DNA of 64,000 nucleotides, taken from Diadema antillarum. Taxonomy: Eukaryota. Shown here one piece after another: positions 1 to 13,500 of the stretch. The notes beneath the pieces were generated by a model that was given only the letters and a program-made list of their open reading frames with translations, did not search any database and was not told where the DNA came from. Position numbers and translations under genes: made by a program. Position 1 is the first letter of the stretch, and every line of letters begins with the position of its first letter. The stretch is from positions 1,364,001-1,428,000 of the forward strand of contig NW_027271202.1 of NCBI RefSeq assembly GCF_040938485.1, in the 5' to 3' direction.

Positions 1-806
1 GGAAACCATGTACCTGAAAAACAATTCAATGTTTTACAATTTGTAGGGGTCCTAAATATTTTTTTCTCAACTCTCAATTGGTACCACACTCCGTTTTATC
101 TGCACATATATCAGTTGAAACACTTTCATTGTCCCAAGGTATTTAAGATTACAAGATCCTTAGAAATAATCACAGGAATTCAGATCCTTACTTGAAGGGT
201 TATTTTCTAACCAATCCTCGGTAGCTTTTGCAAACTGCACTGTCTAATCATTTGCACTAGGGCAGTAGAAGAATGAGGTTTAATTTTCGCAAATTTTGCA
301 ATCACAGTTGGACCGTCTCACAAACATCTCACGAAAATGTCTGTGAGCTCCTCATTCATACAAGTATCTGTACGCGAAAAATTACAGCGTATACAGTACT
401 ACATGTTGGACTTATACCAGACACTGTTTGAGGAGCCCCGCTTAAATGATTGAAAACCTTGTCTCCCAAAGCCCAGCCGCAGTTTTTCAATGAGTGTTTG
501 ATTTTTTATTATATGTGTACTTCACTTGACAAGTCATACTATCTGCATCTGATGTACTCATTTCCACAAATGTACATGTCATTTATTCTCATAAAATATT
601 CAAACTGAAAGAGCTCCCTGCATGATTAAATGAATGATTGATATTGACATGTATCAGACTGCATTTCACAGAAAATGAGTAGCTGAATACCTTTGACTGT
701 GAAAATAATTTAAACTTTGCTGATAAAAGAAAAATAGTTATGGATTAACTTCAATACATGCAAAGTCCATGTCTTGAGTTTTCAGACAGAAATGTTCATG
801 TCGTAC

Positions 807-2938
807 CATAAAAAGAAGGTCTGTCCATTTCTTGAGTTGCTGGCATATTTCAGGAAAGGTGTCTCTGAAAGGGGCTCATAATATTGATTGCTTTGAATGC
901 CAAGGATGTTCCTTAGAGCTTGAAACACATCAGGAGCAAAGCTGCGAAATACTGCCACCTATATGAATCAGAAATAATACAAATTATAAACATGTGACAT
1001 GACAGATGATTATCCTGTATCTTTTCAAACATTGGTTAGTATCAGCGCAGAAAGGATACAAATCCTGTTGTCTGTATATGGTCAATCTACTTGGCGAAAT
1101 GCCTAGATCTGTTAACAGACTGTTATGCAGCAGTGATTCTGGTGACAAATCCATTGCACAGTATACAGCATTGAAGAAATGGTGGATATGACATTTAACA
1201 TATATTTGAAAAGAAACCAAATTTCACACAGAAATGATTATAATTACATGTAATTCTTTCAAAACCTCATTTTGTATTCTCTAGTTGCTTACAGATGAAA
1301 AAAAACCCAATGTAAATGTCTCAGTCTATCAAATCTCAAATATTCTAAAATGGACAGAGGACAAGAGAATGAGTCAAGAAAAAAAAGCGTGATTCATTTG
1401 ACTGTGGAAAATTCAAACGGGAGTACCATTTACATGTCTGCATATACACTGTATGCTCAAATCTTGATGAGATCTGAATAGCAGGGATTTGAATTGCACT
1501 TCTACTGACATTCTAATCTCAGTCAGAGCTTGTAGCTGCCCAGTCTCACCTTCCAAATGAGGACAAAAAACAAACAAACCAAGAACTGGCTGTCTGTGAA
1601 CACTGTATTTAAATACAAACAGAGGGATTATCATCATGGGCTTGTGGTACAATACCTTGTTTGGATTGCTAGTGGCAACTGAGTGCTCCTCCATCTGAGT
1701 GTAACTCTCTGGTGATAAAGAGTCGGCCTGCAATGCAAACATCACATTTAATCGATTCTTTACTGGCATAATGAGTAGCCTCTAAAACAATTCTACTCAT
1801 TTAAGTTAAGCTTGTCCATGTCTTTGCAATAGGCAGAGACTCCAACTCTCCTGCTTTCGACGGGAGATCTCCCGCTGAAAGCCCATTTTTGCAAAATATC
1901 CCGTTCTCCCGCCCTGGCCCTGTGTCTCCCGCTTGAAATGATTTCTTACTTAGTGCCATCATTATGTTGAAAAATAAGCCTGAGATAGCACAAGAGAGCA
2001 TCTAGAACCCTAAAGCTTCCCTGCTGCAAGGAACTTCGCACTTGTGATATGCGCTTCACGCACATCAAGTTGGAGTCTCCTGTTTGCTAGGGGTTTCAGG
2101 TGGGAGAATTTCCAGATCAGAAGGTGCTTGGAGTTGCAGTTTCTGAATAGGTAATTCTTATCCAAAAACCTGAAACATTTAAGCTTAAAGAATCCTTTTC
2201 TTCTTGCAGAATACAGTATATCAAATGACTGTAAAGAAAATTACACATCTCTCACTATGTCAGGGTTCGAAATTGGCGATGGTCCGCTGGCCATTGGCCA
2301 CCCAAAATCATGTCGGACTAGCTAAAAATCATAAAATTCTGAAGTAACTAGTCCGTCTGGCTAGCCAAAATATTACTTCAGTGTCAAAATTGATTCTAAG
2401 TAGTCCGCCTGGCTAGTTAAAAAAAAAGTTAAGTGCGACCCCTGTATGTACTCTGTGGTAACAGCTCTTGTTTCATATGCCTATCAAATGTCTATGACAT
2501 ACAAGTAGTCACATTTTTCAGCGATTGTTCTCTTGCACACAAAATTTCTCTGTTACTTTGCTTTTGTTCATCACATTTTTGTATAGGCCTACAACATTTT
2601 TATCCCACCCTGAGAAGCAATCTCCTCATGGCTTTAAAAAAAAGAAGAAAAAAAAGAGTATCATCTGATCAAATCATCTCTTACAAAAGGTTTTCTATAA
2701 AACATACAAGTGGTTCGAAATCATGCAGCACCAGAACTGGACAAGAAAATATTCAAGTGAAAAGAACAGAGACAGTAGAAAATCAAACCATAATCTTATG
2801 CTGCTTGAAGGTTTGCATAGTGAAGTAAATGAGGGAGAGATACAGCTTAGGTACCTGGAAACATTTATGTACAAATACCCTTTATACTCTCTGGATGGTA
2901 AGTGAAAATTGCAACCATAAAAAAAAATATATATATAC

Positions 2939-2981
<43 letters not shown>

Positions 2982-3799
2982 CATTGCTTTCACTCATGTT
3001 TGCTTACTGTATGGACATGACATGGTTTATTGCTTTTTCTCACACCTGGACTTGTGTAATCCTTTCCCCTGCAAATCCTAAACCCACCTCTAATTATCAA
3101 CTTGCATTCTATTCCTAAGGTGTTTGCAGCACTTGAGCACAGAGAAATGTGGTTGTTCTATTATTATTACAATCTTACATGTAAATCTCTAGTAATGATA
3201 TTGACAGTCATGCATTATTCATGAAATCAGCTTAGTGTTCAATTCATTATTGTGCTCTTTATCATTCAAAATCCTACATTCAGCAGAATGTTTGGGACCA
3301 TTTCTGAGACAAACCCATTTTCAAATAACTACAGTGAGTCAGAACATACCCCCAGCTTTATAGTGTCACTATTATGGGGTAAAATGTGAGGCAACAGTAT
3401 TGGGGGGGGGGGGGGAGGCCAGAGAAGGTTAAAGGTCATACATTTGTGAGAGACTAGAAAGCAATGTAATATACTCACAGTGCCTACTTCCCCATTGTAC
3501 TCCTTTCTACTCATCTGAAGACCTTTCTGGATGCAGGTCGCCATGGCAAACAGCGGATGATCTTCATTAACAGCCTCAATTCCCCGCAGCTTGATTTTCT
3601 TGTGTGCCTCCTTCACAAACTGACTGAAGCTCCTTGCTCGTTTGTGTGGTGATCCATCGGATTCCACCGAAGCATCCTGTGGTGATGATGATGATGATGG
3701 TGGTGGTGGAGATGGCTTAGTTTCTTTCACTTCCATTTCCTCTCTATCATCAAGGACTTCACTGTCCTTGTCAGCAGACACAAACTGCGATGTATCCAT
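807..3799 (-). CDS. PIP5KL1: Phosphatidylinositol-4-phosphate 5-kinase-like protein 1 (PIP5KL1-like), 5' part. Coding exons 3479-3799, 1656-1727 and 807-958; the gene continues beyond position 1
   Basis: GT-AG exons join in frame (phases 0, 0, 2) to give MDTSQF...KLRGIEAVNEDHPLFAMATCIQKGL...GEVGT|ADSLSPESYTQMEEHSVATSNPNK|VAVFRSFAPDVFQALRNILGIQSNQYYEPLSETPFLKYASNSRNGQTFFL. This matches the PIPK N-lobe and, from memory, the PIP5KL1 segments ([38 protein letters not shown]...YLQFLSTSKSKASFFL). The start codon is uncertain and the next exon was not found in the window. Confidence 0.8.
2261..2444. mobile_element. 184-bp non-autonomous DNA transposon (MITE) with CAGGG...CCCTG termini and a 5-bp TSD (TATGT); copy 1
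   Basis: Imperfect TIR CAGGGTTCGAA / CAGGGGTCGCA. TATGT lies at 2256-2260 and 2445-2449. A second copy at 28454-28637 differs at only 2 positions. Confidence 0.85.
2927..2977. repeat. (TA)n microsatellite. Similar (TA)n tracts lie at about 30806-30832 and 31815-31868
   Basis: Directly visible dinucleotide run. Confidence 0.95.
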
Positions 3800-4388
3800 T
3801 TTCAATGCACTGATTTATTCTACGTGGTATCTCTATCATACACATCACAAAGTTTCCATAAAGTTCATCATGCTTGCGATCAACTCCTATATTCAGTAAC
3901 TCAACAGCAACTCAGTCAAGGAAGAGCATTGCTTTTCAAAAGAGATAGAGATGTAGACACCTAGTAATCATGTTTCCAAGTATCATACATTTCCTGAAGT
4001 CCTGTCCTGTTGTTCTTGCATTCCACTCAGCAATATCTTCAGTCACTTGAAGCTTGAATAATATGTCAAATCGATCCCCATACAGTCAGTCTACCTGAAT
4101 GAGGCATAACATTCAAGGAGAAAATGATGGGATCAATTTGTTGTCATTCCACTGAGGTACATATGAGATATTTTCCTTGCCTTCTCCCTTGAGTTCACCA
4201 TGTGGCCATCTCAACGTCATCTTCATGTGGTAACTGAGCATCAATAGAGCAGTCTATGTCACACAGCTTACCATCCAGTGACCCGTGTCAAAAGGAATAC
4301 CTGAAGCATCACAAAAAAAAAAGAGATATCAATTGGCATTTACATCTAATGGCCATGGACAACAAACTCAATGTGGAGGGGAGGGGGG

Positions 4389-4543
4389 CAGGGGCGGATC
4401 CAGGAATTCCATAGGGGGGGGGGGTGCAAAATTTAAAAAAGGGGGGTGCATGTGCCCCTTTCATTTTTTTGTTTCTTTTATTTCAACAAAAAAATAAAGA
4501 GGGAAAGGGGCACCCAGTGTGCCCCCCCTCCGGATCTGCAATG
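4389..4543. mobile_element. CAGGGGCGGATCC-type short MITE, degenerate copy
   Basis: 5' end CAGGGGCGGATCCAGGAATTCC; degenerate 3' end GGATCTGCAATG. It has the same G-run/T-run interior as the copies at 13312, 22504 and 48933. Confidence 0.6.
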
Positions 4544-6284
4544 GGGGGGGGGGGGGGGGGGGATCATTTCACACTTTCAATTACAGTTTAACTTTCTTTG
4601 CCCATTGTCATAAAATGATTCCCCTCTTCATAAACATTTTAAAACTTCCTCCCTGGAGTGCATTTTTGGTGGCAGTAGTGCTAGAACTTGAACTTACTTG
4701 AAATTTTGTTTTTCACTTCCCAAATACAAATACATATCATTTACCGTACTATGGGTAAACTCGACCTAGCCCTAGCGGGTAAAACACAGGAAGATGACGA
4801 GACCTTTTGGAAGCATGGCTTGTAAAGGAGGTCCTTCAGAAAAAAAAAAAAAAAACCTTCGAACAAAAAGTATTAACCGCAATCAGCTATTCTGGAAGTT
4901 GATAACTACTGAAACACGGTCAAGTAAAACAACGATACAACATATGAATTTACATAGAGAATGGCACAGCTCAGAAGAAGGGAAGATGAAGAGGAAGAGA
5001 GAGCTTGGATGTTATCAGAAAGAGTACAGGAAAAAAGGCTTACAGGATGACTACTTTGAGTCGAAGGACAATAGGGTGCCTACCTTAAAATATTCCGAGA
5101 ATATTTCAGTGAGAAATAGTTCAAATACCACCAAAAAATCATTGATTTCTGAGTAGGATACAGAAAGTGCATGCACATGCATGCTTATCACCATAAACTA
5201 AATATCTTTTGATACTGTTTGAAAAAGTCCACTGTTACACTGAAATATGTTTAAGACATTTTTAATTCAGAGTACTATCTAACTTCTAAGTAAACCTAAT
5301 CAAATGTAAACCATGATGTAGGCTGGGTCATTACTTCACATCAATGTGAAGCCAATTTCACTAAATTTAATCTTCTAAATGTTGGTACAGATTATGTTTC
5401 ATATTTCGACGTCGGGCTACTCTTGTCAAAGCAAGTGTTATTCCAAGTGTGAAAAGGTGATCGTTATTACTAAGTTGGGCCTTCCACTGCACTGAACGAA
5501 ATGCGATCGAACGTACACATTTACAGAGGAGCGCCCCGAGCGAGGATAGCATCGAAAAAGGAACTCACCCGATCACGAATCATGATTCACCTTCCATGTT
5601 CATTGTTGTCTTCATCCTCGGTGATTCGTGGTTAAAAATATGAGAATTCGTTCGCTATATAACAGCTACCAGTTCATTCTGATCATCTAATTGATGAACA
5701 CCTTTGCTTTAACTGTTAGAGCTAGACTCCGTCTCATTACAAGGAGCTAGGAGCTTTGACAGCACCTAGAGTATGGCTAGCTGCTGGGTATGGGTCTGGG
5801 GTACAGAGTGTGAACAGATCATCGCTCGCCAGTACAGTAATAGCAGGCGCGCTAGGAGAGTAGGCATACTCGCCAGTCATTCCGGTCCCGCGTCCCCGCT
5901 GCTCGGCGCATGCCGCTGCCTACCAGTCCGATCGACCGAGGCCAATCGTACATGTATATTGTACGTGTATTGTGCAATCGTTTGTGGTAACCACGAGGAT
6001 TACTACATTCCGCGCAGAGGGTAGACAGGTTAAAGTTTTCTTGAGGGATCAAAACACCTGTTATTACTAGTACATTGTACTCTGTATGCGGATCATGCAT
6101 GTATCCAGAATGACTCTCGGCTCCTTTTTTTTTTTAATGATTAAATATTGTTGGTTGTTGCTTTTTTTCCTTGTCTGTTGGATTAACAACAGACAACGCC
6201 CCTTCCACCCACGGAACAACATGCAACATGTCTAGAGTAGGCCTACTTATTAAAGTAATGAGACATTTAATGATTTACACTCAT

Positions 6285-6730
6285 CGGGGGCCGCGGAATG
6301 TTTTACAGGGGGGGGGGGGGGGGGGGGGGCTGCGAGACCAGGGGGGCGTTTCATCAACGAGTTCGTCGGAGTTTTCACCGACGAATTTGCTATCAGCCAA
6401 TCAGACGCAAGGATTTACACTGACAACTGTTAAAAGCTAATGAAATCCTTGGTCTGATTGGCTGATAGCAAATTTGTCGGTGAAAACTCCGACGAACTCG
6501 TTGATGAAACGCCCCCCAGGGGGGCGTTTCATCAACGAGTTCGTCGGAGGTTTTCACCGACAAATTTGCTATCAGCCAATCAGACGCAAGGATTTAAATA
6601 CTGACAACTGTTAAAAGCTAATGAAATCCTTGGTCTGATTGGCTGATAGCAAATTTGTCGGTGAAAACTCCGACGAACTCGTTGATGAAACGCCCCCCAG
6701 GGAACCCCTCCCCCCGTTCCGCGCCCCCTG
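6285..6730. mobile_element. CAGGGG-type MITE (5-bp TSD CTCAT/CTCAC) hosting two nested palindromic MITEs
   Basis: Termini CGGGGGCCGCGGAA ... TTCCGCGCCCCCTG. The flanks CTCAT (6280-6284) and CTCAC (6731-6735) match at 4 of 5 positions. Confidence 0.6.
6342..6697. mobile_element. Tandem pair of ~176-bp palindromic PIF/Harbinger-like MITEs (6342-6516 and 6520-6697), each bounded by CAG
   Basis: Each unit is a hairpin with ~65-bp arms (GGGGGCGTTTCATCAACGAGTTCGTCGGAG...GCTATCAGCCAATCAGAC). CAG occurs at 6339-6341, 6517-6519 and 6698-6700. A 3-bp CWG TSD with G-rich termini fits PIF/Harbinger. Confidence 0.75.
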
Positions 6731-9700
6731 CTCACTACATGATACATCTCGATGGGGAAATGACACTGCCACTGATTTTCAGACATGATCATTGTGACAT
6801 CTGTTATCACCATCACACCATGCTGCTAGTTCAAGAACTGATGTATTGAATATCCATCATTTACATGAACTGCATATTCAGACTAGAAACTGACTAATCA
6901 GATACAAAAGAATAAATCTCTTGGGTTATCCTGGTTTAGCTGGAATTTGTTTTGGTTTTTGTTTAGTTGGTGGTTTTTTTTTTAGAATAGAACGAAGGCA
7001 TAAGTTGATATGGTTATAGCAAGTAATATTTACAACCATACAAGTTAAAGTTTCCTTTGAAATATGGGTAAACATGAGAAAGTTGCAGAATTTTTTCATT
7101 TCAGATGATTAAAAAACCCTAACTCACAATTGCTATAAAAACTGAATGAAATTACAGTATATGTAATCACCTCACACCGCTATTGATATGAATTATGAAT
7201 CATCACCATGTACCTGTGCTTATATGTGAGAAAAGAAGAGGATACATCCTGAAAATTTGCTATTTGGAGCTGTGATGCAAGGTCACTGCGCTGAAGAGGA
7301 AATTCTAGTGTTTTGTAATTACAATGTACTTGCAAAATTTGCATCATCTTTAGAGATATATAGTAATGGTGACTTTTACATAATTGAAAACAAATTGCAG
7401 TTACCCATGGCGACATGCATTTCTCATTTTAATTTTATTGACTCCTAAAGAGGAATTCCAGACTACAGTACATGCAGTTAAAAGTTAGTCTCATAAGAAA
7501 GAGTAAAATTTTATTAGCACAATAGTTCAAATTTGATAAAAAGTAGGTACAAATTAAGAAAGTTATGAAATTGTGAAGTTTTGCTAATTTTCACAAATTT
7601 TCAGTCAATATGAATATATAAATGAGTGAGTTCATGATGCCAATGTCATTGACTCATAATTGCCATGTAGGGCCTACTTCGTACACTTAATCTTGACATT
7701 TTCATTTCTTGCGTGTTTTTTTATTGTTGTTGTTCAAATGCAATTATGCTCCAGTCTCAAATCCTAATATATGTGGCTGATCATTGTTTCAAAGTTATTC
7801 AGACAGAAATAAGATTGTTTTACACTTTGCCTTCCAGGAACTGAAAGCCAGAATTGATGGAAAGAAACATACCTCATAGAACATGACATACAGAAATGCA
7901 TTGGTTGTCCATTGTGAATTATGCCTAAGAGGGCTTACTTCCGCGAATCCGCGTAGTACGCTCATGGGCGAAATCACAGAACCCTTACACAAGAGTTCTG
8001 TGGGCGAAATACGGACGCCATTAGCTAACAGACCGATAGAGGACGTATATTACGTGATAATAGCAGTGTTTTTATACTGAGTAGTAGTTATTTCTGTCTC
8101 CCTTTCATTTCCCCCCCCCCCCTTTTTAGGGGGCATACAGGGGAAGAGATGTACTTAGGACCTCGTTTTGTCATACAGAAGTATCATTCCTGTCTAATCA
8201 TGAAATGCAATTGAAGAAATATCATTTATTTTCCAATATGCAGTCCCACAAAGTTTGAGCTAAAGTAGCCCGAGGGAGAAAGAGATAGACGGCGTTTGTC
8301 AGCTCAAAAACAAACTTTGAGGGACTACAAATTGAAAAGTAATGACATTACTTCAAATTTTTTTTGACGTATCGACAGAAAATATACTTCTCCTGATATT
8401 TTGAGGTCTGAAACACAATTTCACCGCTGTGTGTTTCCTTAAAATGAAGAAAATGAAAGGAAGGTAGGGTTTGCCCCATAGGCTTACGTGTTAAGGTATT
8501 ATTACATGTACATGTACTAAAATGGCCGCCGTTGGGCTCCATGGCGTATTACACCCGTTTGCGTGCGAAATCGCGAGAGTACGCCCTCTTAGCGTAGCCT
8601 CTATACTCTTTGACATAAATGCATTCAGCTTGGAACCCACGTCAAGATTGTAATGCCCCATGATGTTGGAATGTGTGGTTGCATGTTCAGCTGAGTGATG
8701 ATTGTCAGTGATGTATGAAGACATGAACAACAGCATGAATTTAATACAAAACAAATAGAATGAAGAAAAGACACAAAGATGACATGGTTTCCATTTAAAA
8801 ATGTATGTCTTTGTCCAAATTTTATCAATGGTCACTTGTAACACATGTACAGTAAAGAAAAGGCATGTACGTACATGTACATGTAAGCCATATATTTCTG
8901 GGATACAGTGTATAACATGACACAAGTATAATCATTGTTGTAAAACTATGATTAGTTCAGGCTAACAAGATTACACTCTTTCATCAGTTTTCATCAATTT
9001 TCTGTGTGCATACAAAGATCATTGTTTGTTTGCTTTTGACTTTGCAAAAGAAAAATCAAGACTGAAGAAGTGTTGGCTATTGAAGTATTTCAGGCAACAT
9101 TCGTTTTCAGAAAAAACAGAGAGAAAATGTAATTATTTGTACAATGTATTTATTATTCAACTGAGCATTTCAAATAGGGATATTCTGGCAATTAATGTTA
9201 CATCTCCTGTACAATACATGTAGCATCTATCAGACACAAAAACTGAATCAATGCACAGATTGATAGAAGAAGTCCAACATGGATTTCCTGATTTGGTATT
9301 TTTCATTCTTTAGACTTTCCAGTGAAACATAATTTCTCCCATTCCATTTTCAAATACAAAAATCACACTCACAGTAAGGAAGCTAGCAAGCAGATTCACA
9401 CTCTTTGGAGAAAATAGTGCACTCCCTTTATAAAGAATGTGGTTATAACAAAATTCTTGTTACAACAAAGTACAAATCCATGTCCCAAAACTACATCTAC
9501 ACATCTTTGTAAACTTTGCTATTTAACTGCATAATGAAATTTCGATTCAAAAGAAAGAAAACTGTGAGGACTTCATTAAAATGGGAGTTGGCTTATTGAC
9601 AGTCAAGCCTGTTTTAAACTACCCTTGTGAACTCCAGCCAACAGCTCAAGATATTAAAAGATTTTGGCAATTTGCCCGGAAAAAAAAACTGAGAAGTTTC

Positions 9701-9924
9701 AAATTTCAGAACATTCTAAACCTTTGACATTTGGACAGAATGTTAAAATGAAGATATCAAGCTTTTTCCACTCAAGTATTTTCAGTTTTTTAGACAAATC
9801 ATCTCATTTCAAGGCTTGTTAAATTAAGTCTCCGATTTCATCATAGTTAGTAGCACGTTGATAAGTCACAATATTATGCTCATCACTACAATGACAAATC
9901 AAGTTATTACATGTATTACCACTA

Positions 9925-10075
9925 ATGGCCTTTTCTGTATCTTCTAGAGGGTCCTGCCATTACACAATGTTGCCAGGTAACCAGTTCATACACCTGGGTG
10001 AAGATAGACTCAGAGGGAAAACCTCTTGTCCATTCCTCAGTGAGTTGGTTGTCCCATTGGTGAATTCTTTCAGTA
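9925..10075 (-). mobile_element. Probable SINE body fragment
   Basis: The minus strand reads ...CTTCACCCAGGTGTATGAACTGGTTACCTGGC..., which resembles the core segment of widespread deuterostome tRNA-SINEs. No head was found. Confidence 0.3.
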
Positions 10076-10376
10076 CTCATACATGTATCATTATGAAATC
10101 ACATCTATTTCTGAATATTTACAGGAAAAGGCCAGTCCAATGAATCATCATATGTTTGAAGTACTGCAAGCCACGTCTACATTGGTTATTACTGTTTTGC
10201 ATATACACATGTACATGTACATCTGTCTTTGTGTGTGCATTCATTTATAATGTGAAAAGCTGCTTGCAGCACCTCATTCTGTACCAATGCATGTGTTGGT
10301 ATGAAAAAAAAATCTCGCAATACCATGTGCATTTCACAGTGTGCAGGGAGGTTAGATTCTATCTCCCGCCACCCTG

Positions 10377-10378
<2 letters not shown>

Positions 10379-10412
<34 letters not shown>
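10379..10412. repeat. (GT)n microsatellite just downstream of the DPM2 stop codon
   Basis: Directly visible run. Confidence 0.95.
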
Positions 10413-10414
<2 letters not shown>

Positions 10415-10557
10415 TGGTTTGTGTTGTTGAACTATGTGAAATAGTAAAGCTTCATCATTTACAATATTGCAACAGATATTAAGAATATCAAGTACATGTA
10501 CTCTCTTGGCAGATCCCTTGAAAATTAAAATGTCCTTGGCTAACATTTGAAGAATCG

Positions 10558-13500
10558 CTATGACTTCTTGGGCTTTGTGAAGAACATCATGAAGAGAATG
10601 ACATGACCTAGAAAAGACCAAGAAAAGAGAAACAGTCAGAAGTATTTTCAATTAGAAAGTTGCTGATTCAGATAATCTTATTCACAGCACATGATGTACA
10701 TGAAGAGATTTTGTGTTGAGAGTCACCACATCATGGAGGCAGTTTATTGAGGACTTGTACAAGTCAGTGCAACAAGAATTTTGATAGATGCTCTCTTTTA
10801 AGAGAGTGTACAAATAAACAAATCTGTATTCAGATACTAACCCTACATTTGTAGCTAGGCCAGGGTGGGTATTTGGATGGGGCACCTCCAAAATTTGCAT
10901 TTTATAGAATAACATGCATCAGATAAAAGCACAATATCTTTTTTTTTTCAATATTCTTGTATTTTATATTCATTTTTTGTAAATCATAACAGGCAAGTTG
11001 ATACATTTTGTTTTAAAATTGTAATTTTTGCTACATTCTACAGTGTATTCAGGCTTGAATACTCTTGTACAGTGCACTCCCGTTACAACGAACACGGTTA
11101 TAACGAAATTTCGTTATAACGAAGTAAAACTTCTGGTCCCAAAATTATCGCCATTAATGTCTATGGTACAAAATTCGCTTATAACGAACACGGTTATAGC
11201 GAAATTTTCGTTATAATGAAGTCTTTTCCGAGCCCCATGGACAAAGAAAAACAAAAGAAATGTGCTCCGTTATAACGAAATGCAGATCGCTTTCGAAAAT
11301 TCGTAGCGGAACAAGCATGGGCGAACGCTTCACATCACGGTGTGTTCACTCCGTGTGTCACGCACAGTTTCCGTCAATTTTATGCTCTCTTTAATGTAAT
11401 ATCCCAATGAAATTTAAAAGGTACAGTGTATCATTCCGTTTAACATATCTGCACAGTGTAAGATGAGTATTCAACAAACAGAATATGATATATGCGTGGT
11501 TTCCTTGTTTTTGTTAAATATTGTATTTGTTCGGTTATAACGAAATTTCGTTATAACGAAAGAAAACTGCCGGTCCCGAGCATTTCGTTATAACGGGAGT
11601 GCACTGTATACCTAGACAAATAAGACTCATAACATGTGGTGACACCAAAGTGGTGATACTATATGTATTCCTTTGTATGGTGAAAAAAAAAGTGGGCGGC
11701 CCCGAGTTAAAGTTATAGTTACAGTTATAGTCACAATCATATCTGGACATTCATAATCAATACATTGTATATCAATGCTAAACTTTCTGCTGATTCCTGT
11801 CTAAATATGAAATTTTATTGCTTTACGACAAAAGATGACTATTGCACTTAGGTAAGTTTATTTGTTGCCGTTTTGTGGTATGCCTAGTCAGGGCTGCCAA
11901 CACTGGAAACTAGTTGAGAGTGAGACTCCCATAGGCCAATGCTATAATTTAGCAGTCAAAATGAGTGAGATCAATAGAAATGCATGCAAATGAAATAAAG
12001 TTTTAGAGTGAGAAAGGACCAAAATGAGTGAGTCTCACACTCAATGCGTGAGAGTTGGCAGCCCTGCTAGAAAATATGATCTTTCTAAGTATATGAATCA
12101 AGGGCCACAGAACTACTTGTAGGGGGATTGAGGGACTGGGACAGCAGCACATTAAAAAAGTTAATGCATTTCTAAATAAAATAAGTCTGAAAAAAACTTG
12201 ACATAAAATTGGAGTAAAATTATCACAACACCCATGAAATTCCAGCAGTTCCATCCTGTGAAATGTTCCATCACCCCTGTAGATATATGCACCACACTGT
12301 CTCCATGATCTGCTCTGATTTCACTTACCAACAATGAGTAACGCTACACCACCAGCTACAAAGGGAACAATCACTGCATACTTTCTTGGAGGGAAAAGCT
12401 GATGAACAATTTGATCAGCTTCGATGAATGGCTGAAAAGAAGAGGAGAAAATGGGACATCAGAAATGAAAGTGAGAGTTCAGTAAAAGCTGTATCATATG
12501 AACTTAAAGGACAAGTTCACCTTCATAAACATAAGGATTGAGAGAATGCAGCAATATTAGTAGAACACATCAGTGAAAGTTTGAGGAAAATTGGACAATC
12601 GATGCAAAAGTTATGAATTTTTAACATTTTTATGTTGGAGACGCTGGGTGAGGAGACTACTACAGCTTGTAATGTCATATGCGTACAACCGTATAAAGAA
12701 AATGTAAAGAAAATTCAACATATTTTCACTTTTTTTCGCATAATAAAAGAGCACTTGACTTGCCGCTTTCTAAAGGCAGGGGGAATAATATTACCCATAA
12801 CATATGTCGGTAACGAGTCAAGGGAATGTGTACTTTTTTCAAAAGATGATATTTTGTGAAATTCTCTTTATATTGTCCTTATATTGTTGTACGCATGTGA
12901 CATTACACACTGCAGTAGTCTTCTCATCCAGCGGTTACTGCACAAAAACTTCAAAAATTCATAACTTTTGAACGGATTGTCCGATTTTCCTCAAACTTTC
13001 AATGATGTGTTCTACTAATATTGCTACATTCTCTCAATCCTTGTGTTTATGAAGGTGAACTTGTCCTTTAAACACTGGCGCTTCAGTTCGATCTTGCCAA
13101 AAGGTAATTGACCAATATTTCACAGTCAAGTTACATGAAACAACGAACTGACTGTATCAAAACATTAAAGATCCAAAACTTGTTTCGAAGATGGTCTTGA
13201 GAACAATCTTCAAAATGATGGGACAGTTTCATGTTGCACTGCTTTAAAGTCAATGTATCGAGTATTTATATTGTACAAATCAAGAAATATTATCATATGA
13301 CATAGGGAATCCAGTGGTGGATCCAGAGGGGGGCGTACCAGGTGCGCGCCCCTTCTTTATTTTTTTGTTAAAACAAAAGAAATAAAAAGAAAAAATGGTG
13401 GGGGCACATGCGCCCCCCCCTTTAATTTTGTAAAGGCGCCTCCCCTTTACGGAATTCCTGGATCCGTCCCTGGAATCTAACAAGTATTTCACAAGCATTG

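Noticed and set aside
1-806. Candidate next PIP5KL1 exon (acceptors near 14, 258, 622 and 720; frames LQKLPR and WLENNPS)
   Set aside because: None continues the phase-2 junction into a sequence matching the expected DxRFFLKT segment without a stop. It is left unassigned.
1829-2095. Possible MITE with CAG(G)AGACTCCAACT inverted ends
   Set aside because: The ends are inverted but no TSD could be matched and no second copy is in the window, so support is too weak to list.
5367-5552. 61-aa minus ORF starting MLSSLGALL
   Set aside because: It lies just downstream of a GTGAGT donor, so it is probably intronic, and it has no recognisable homology.
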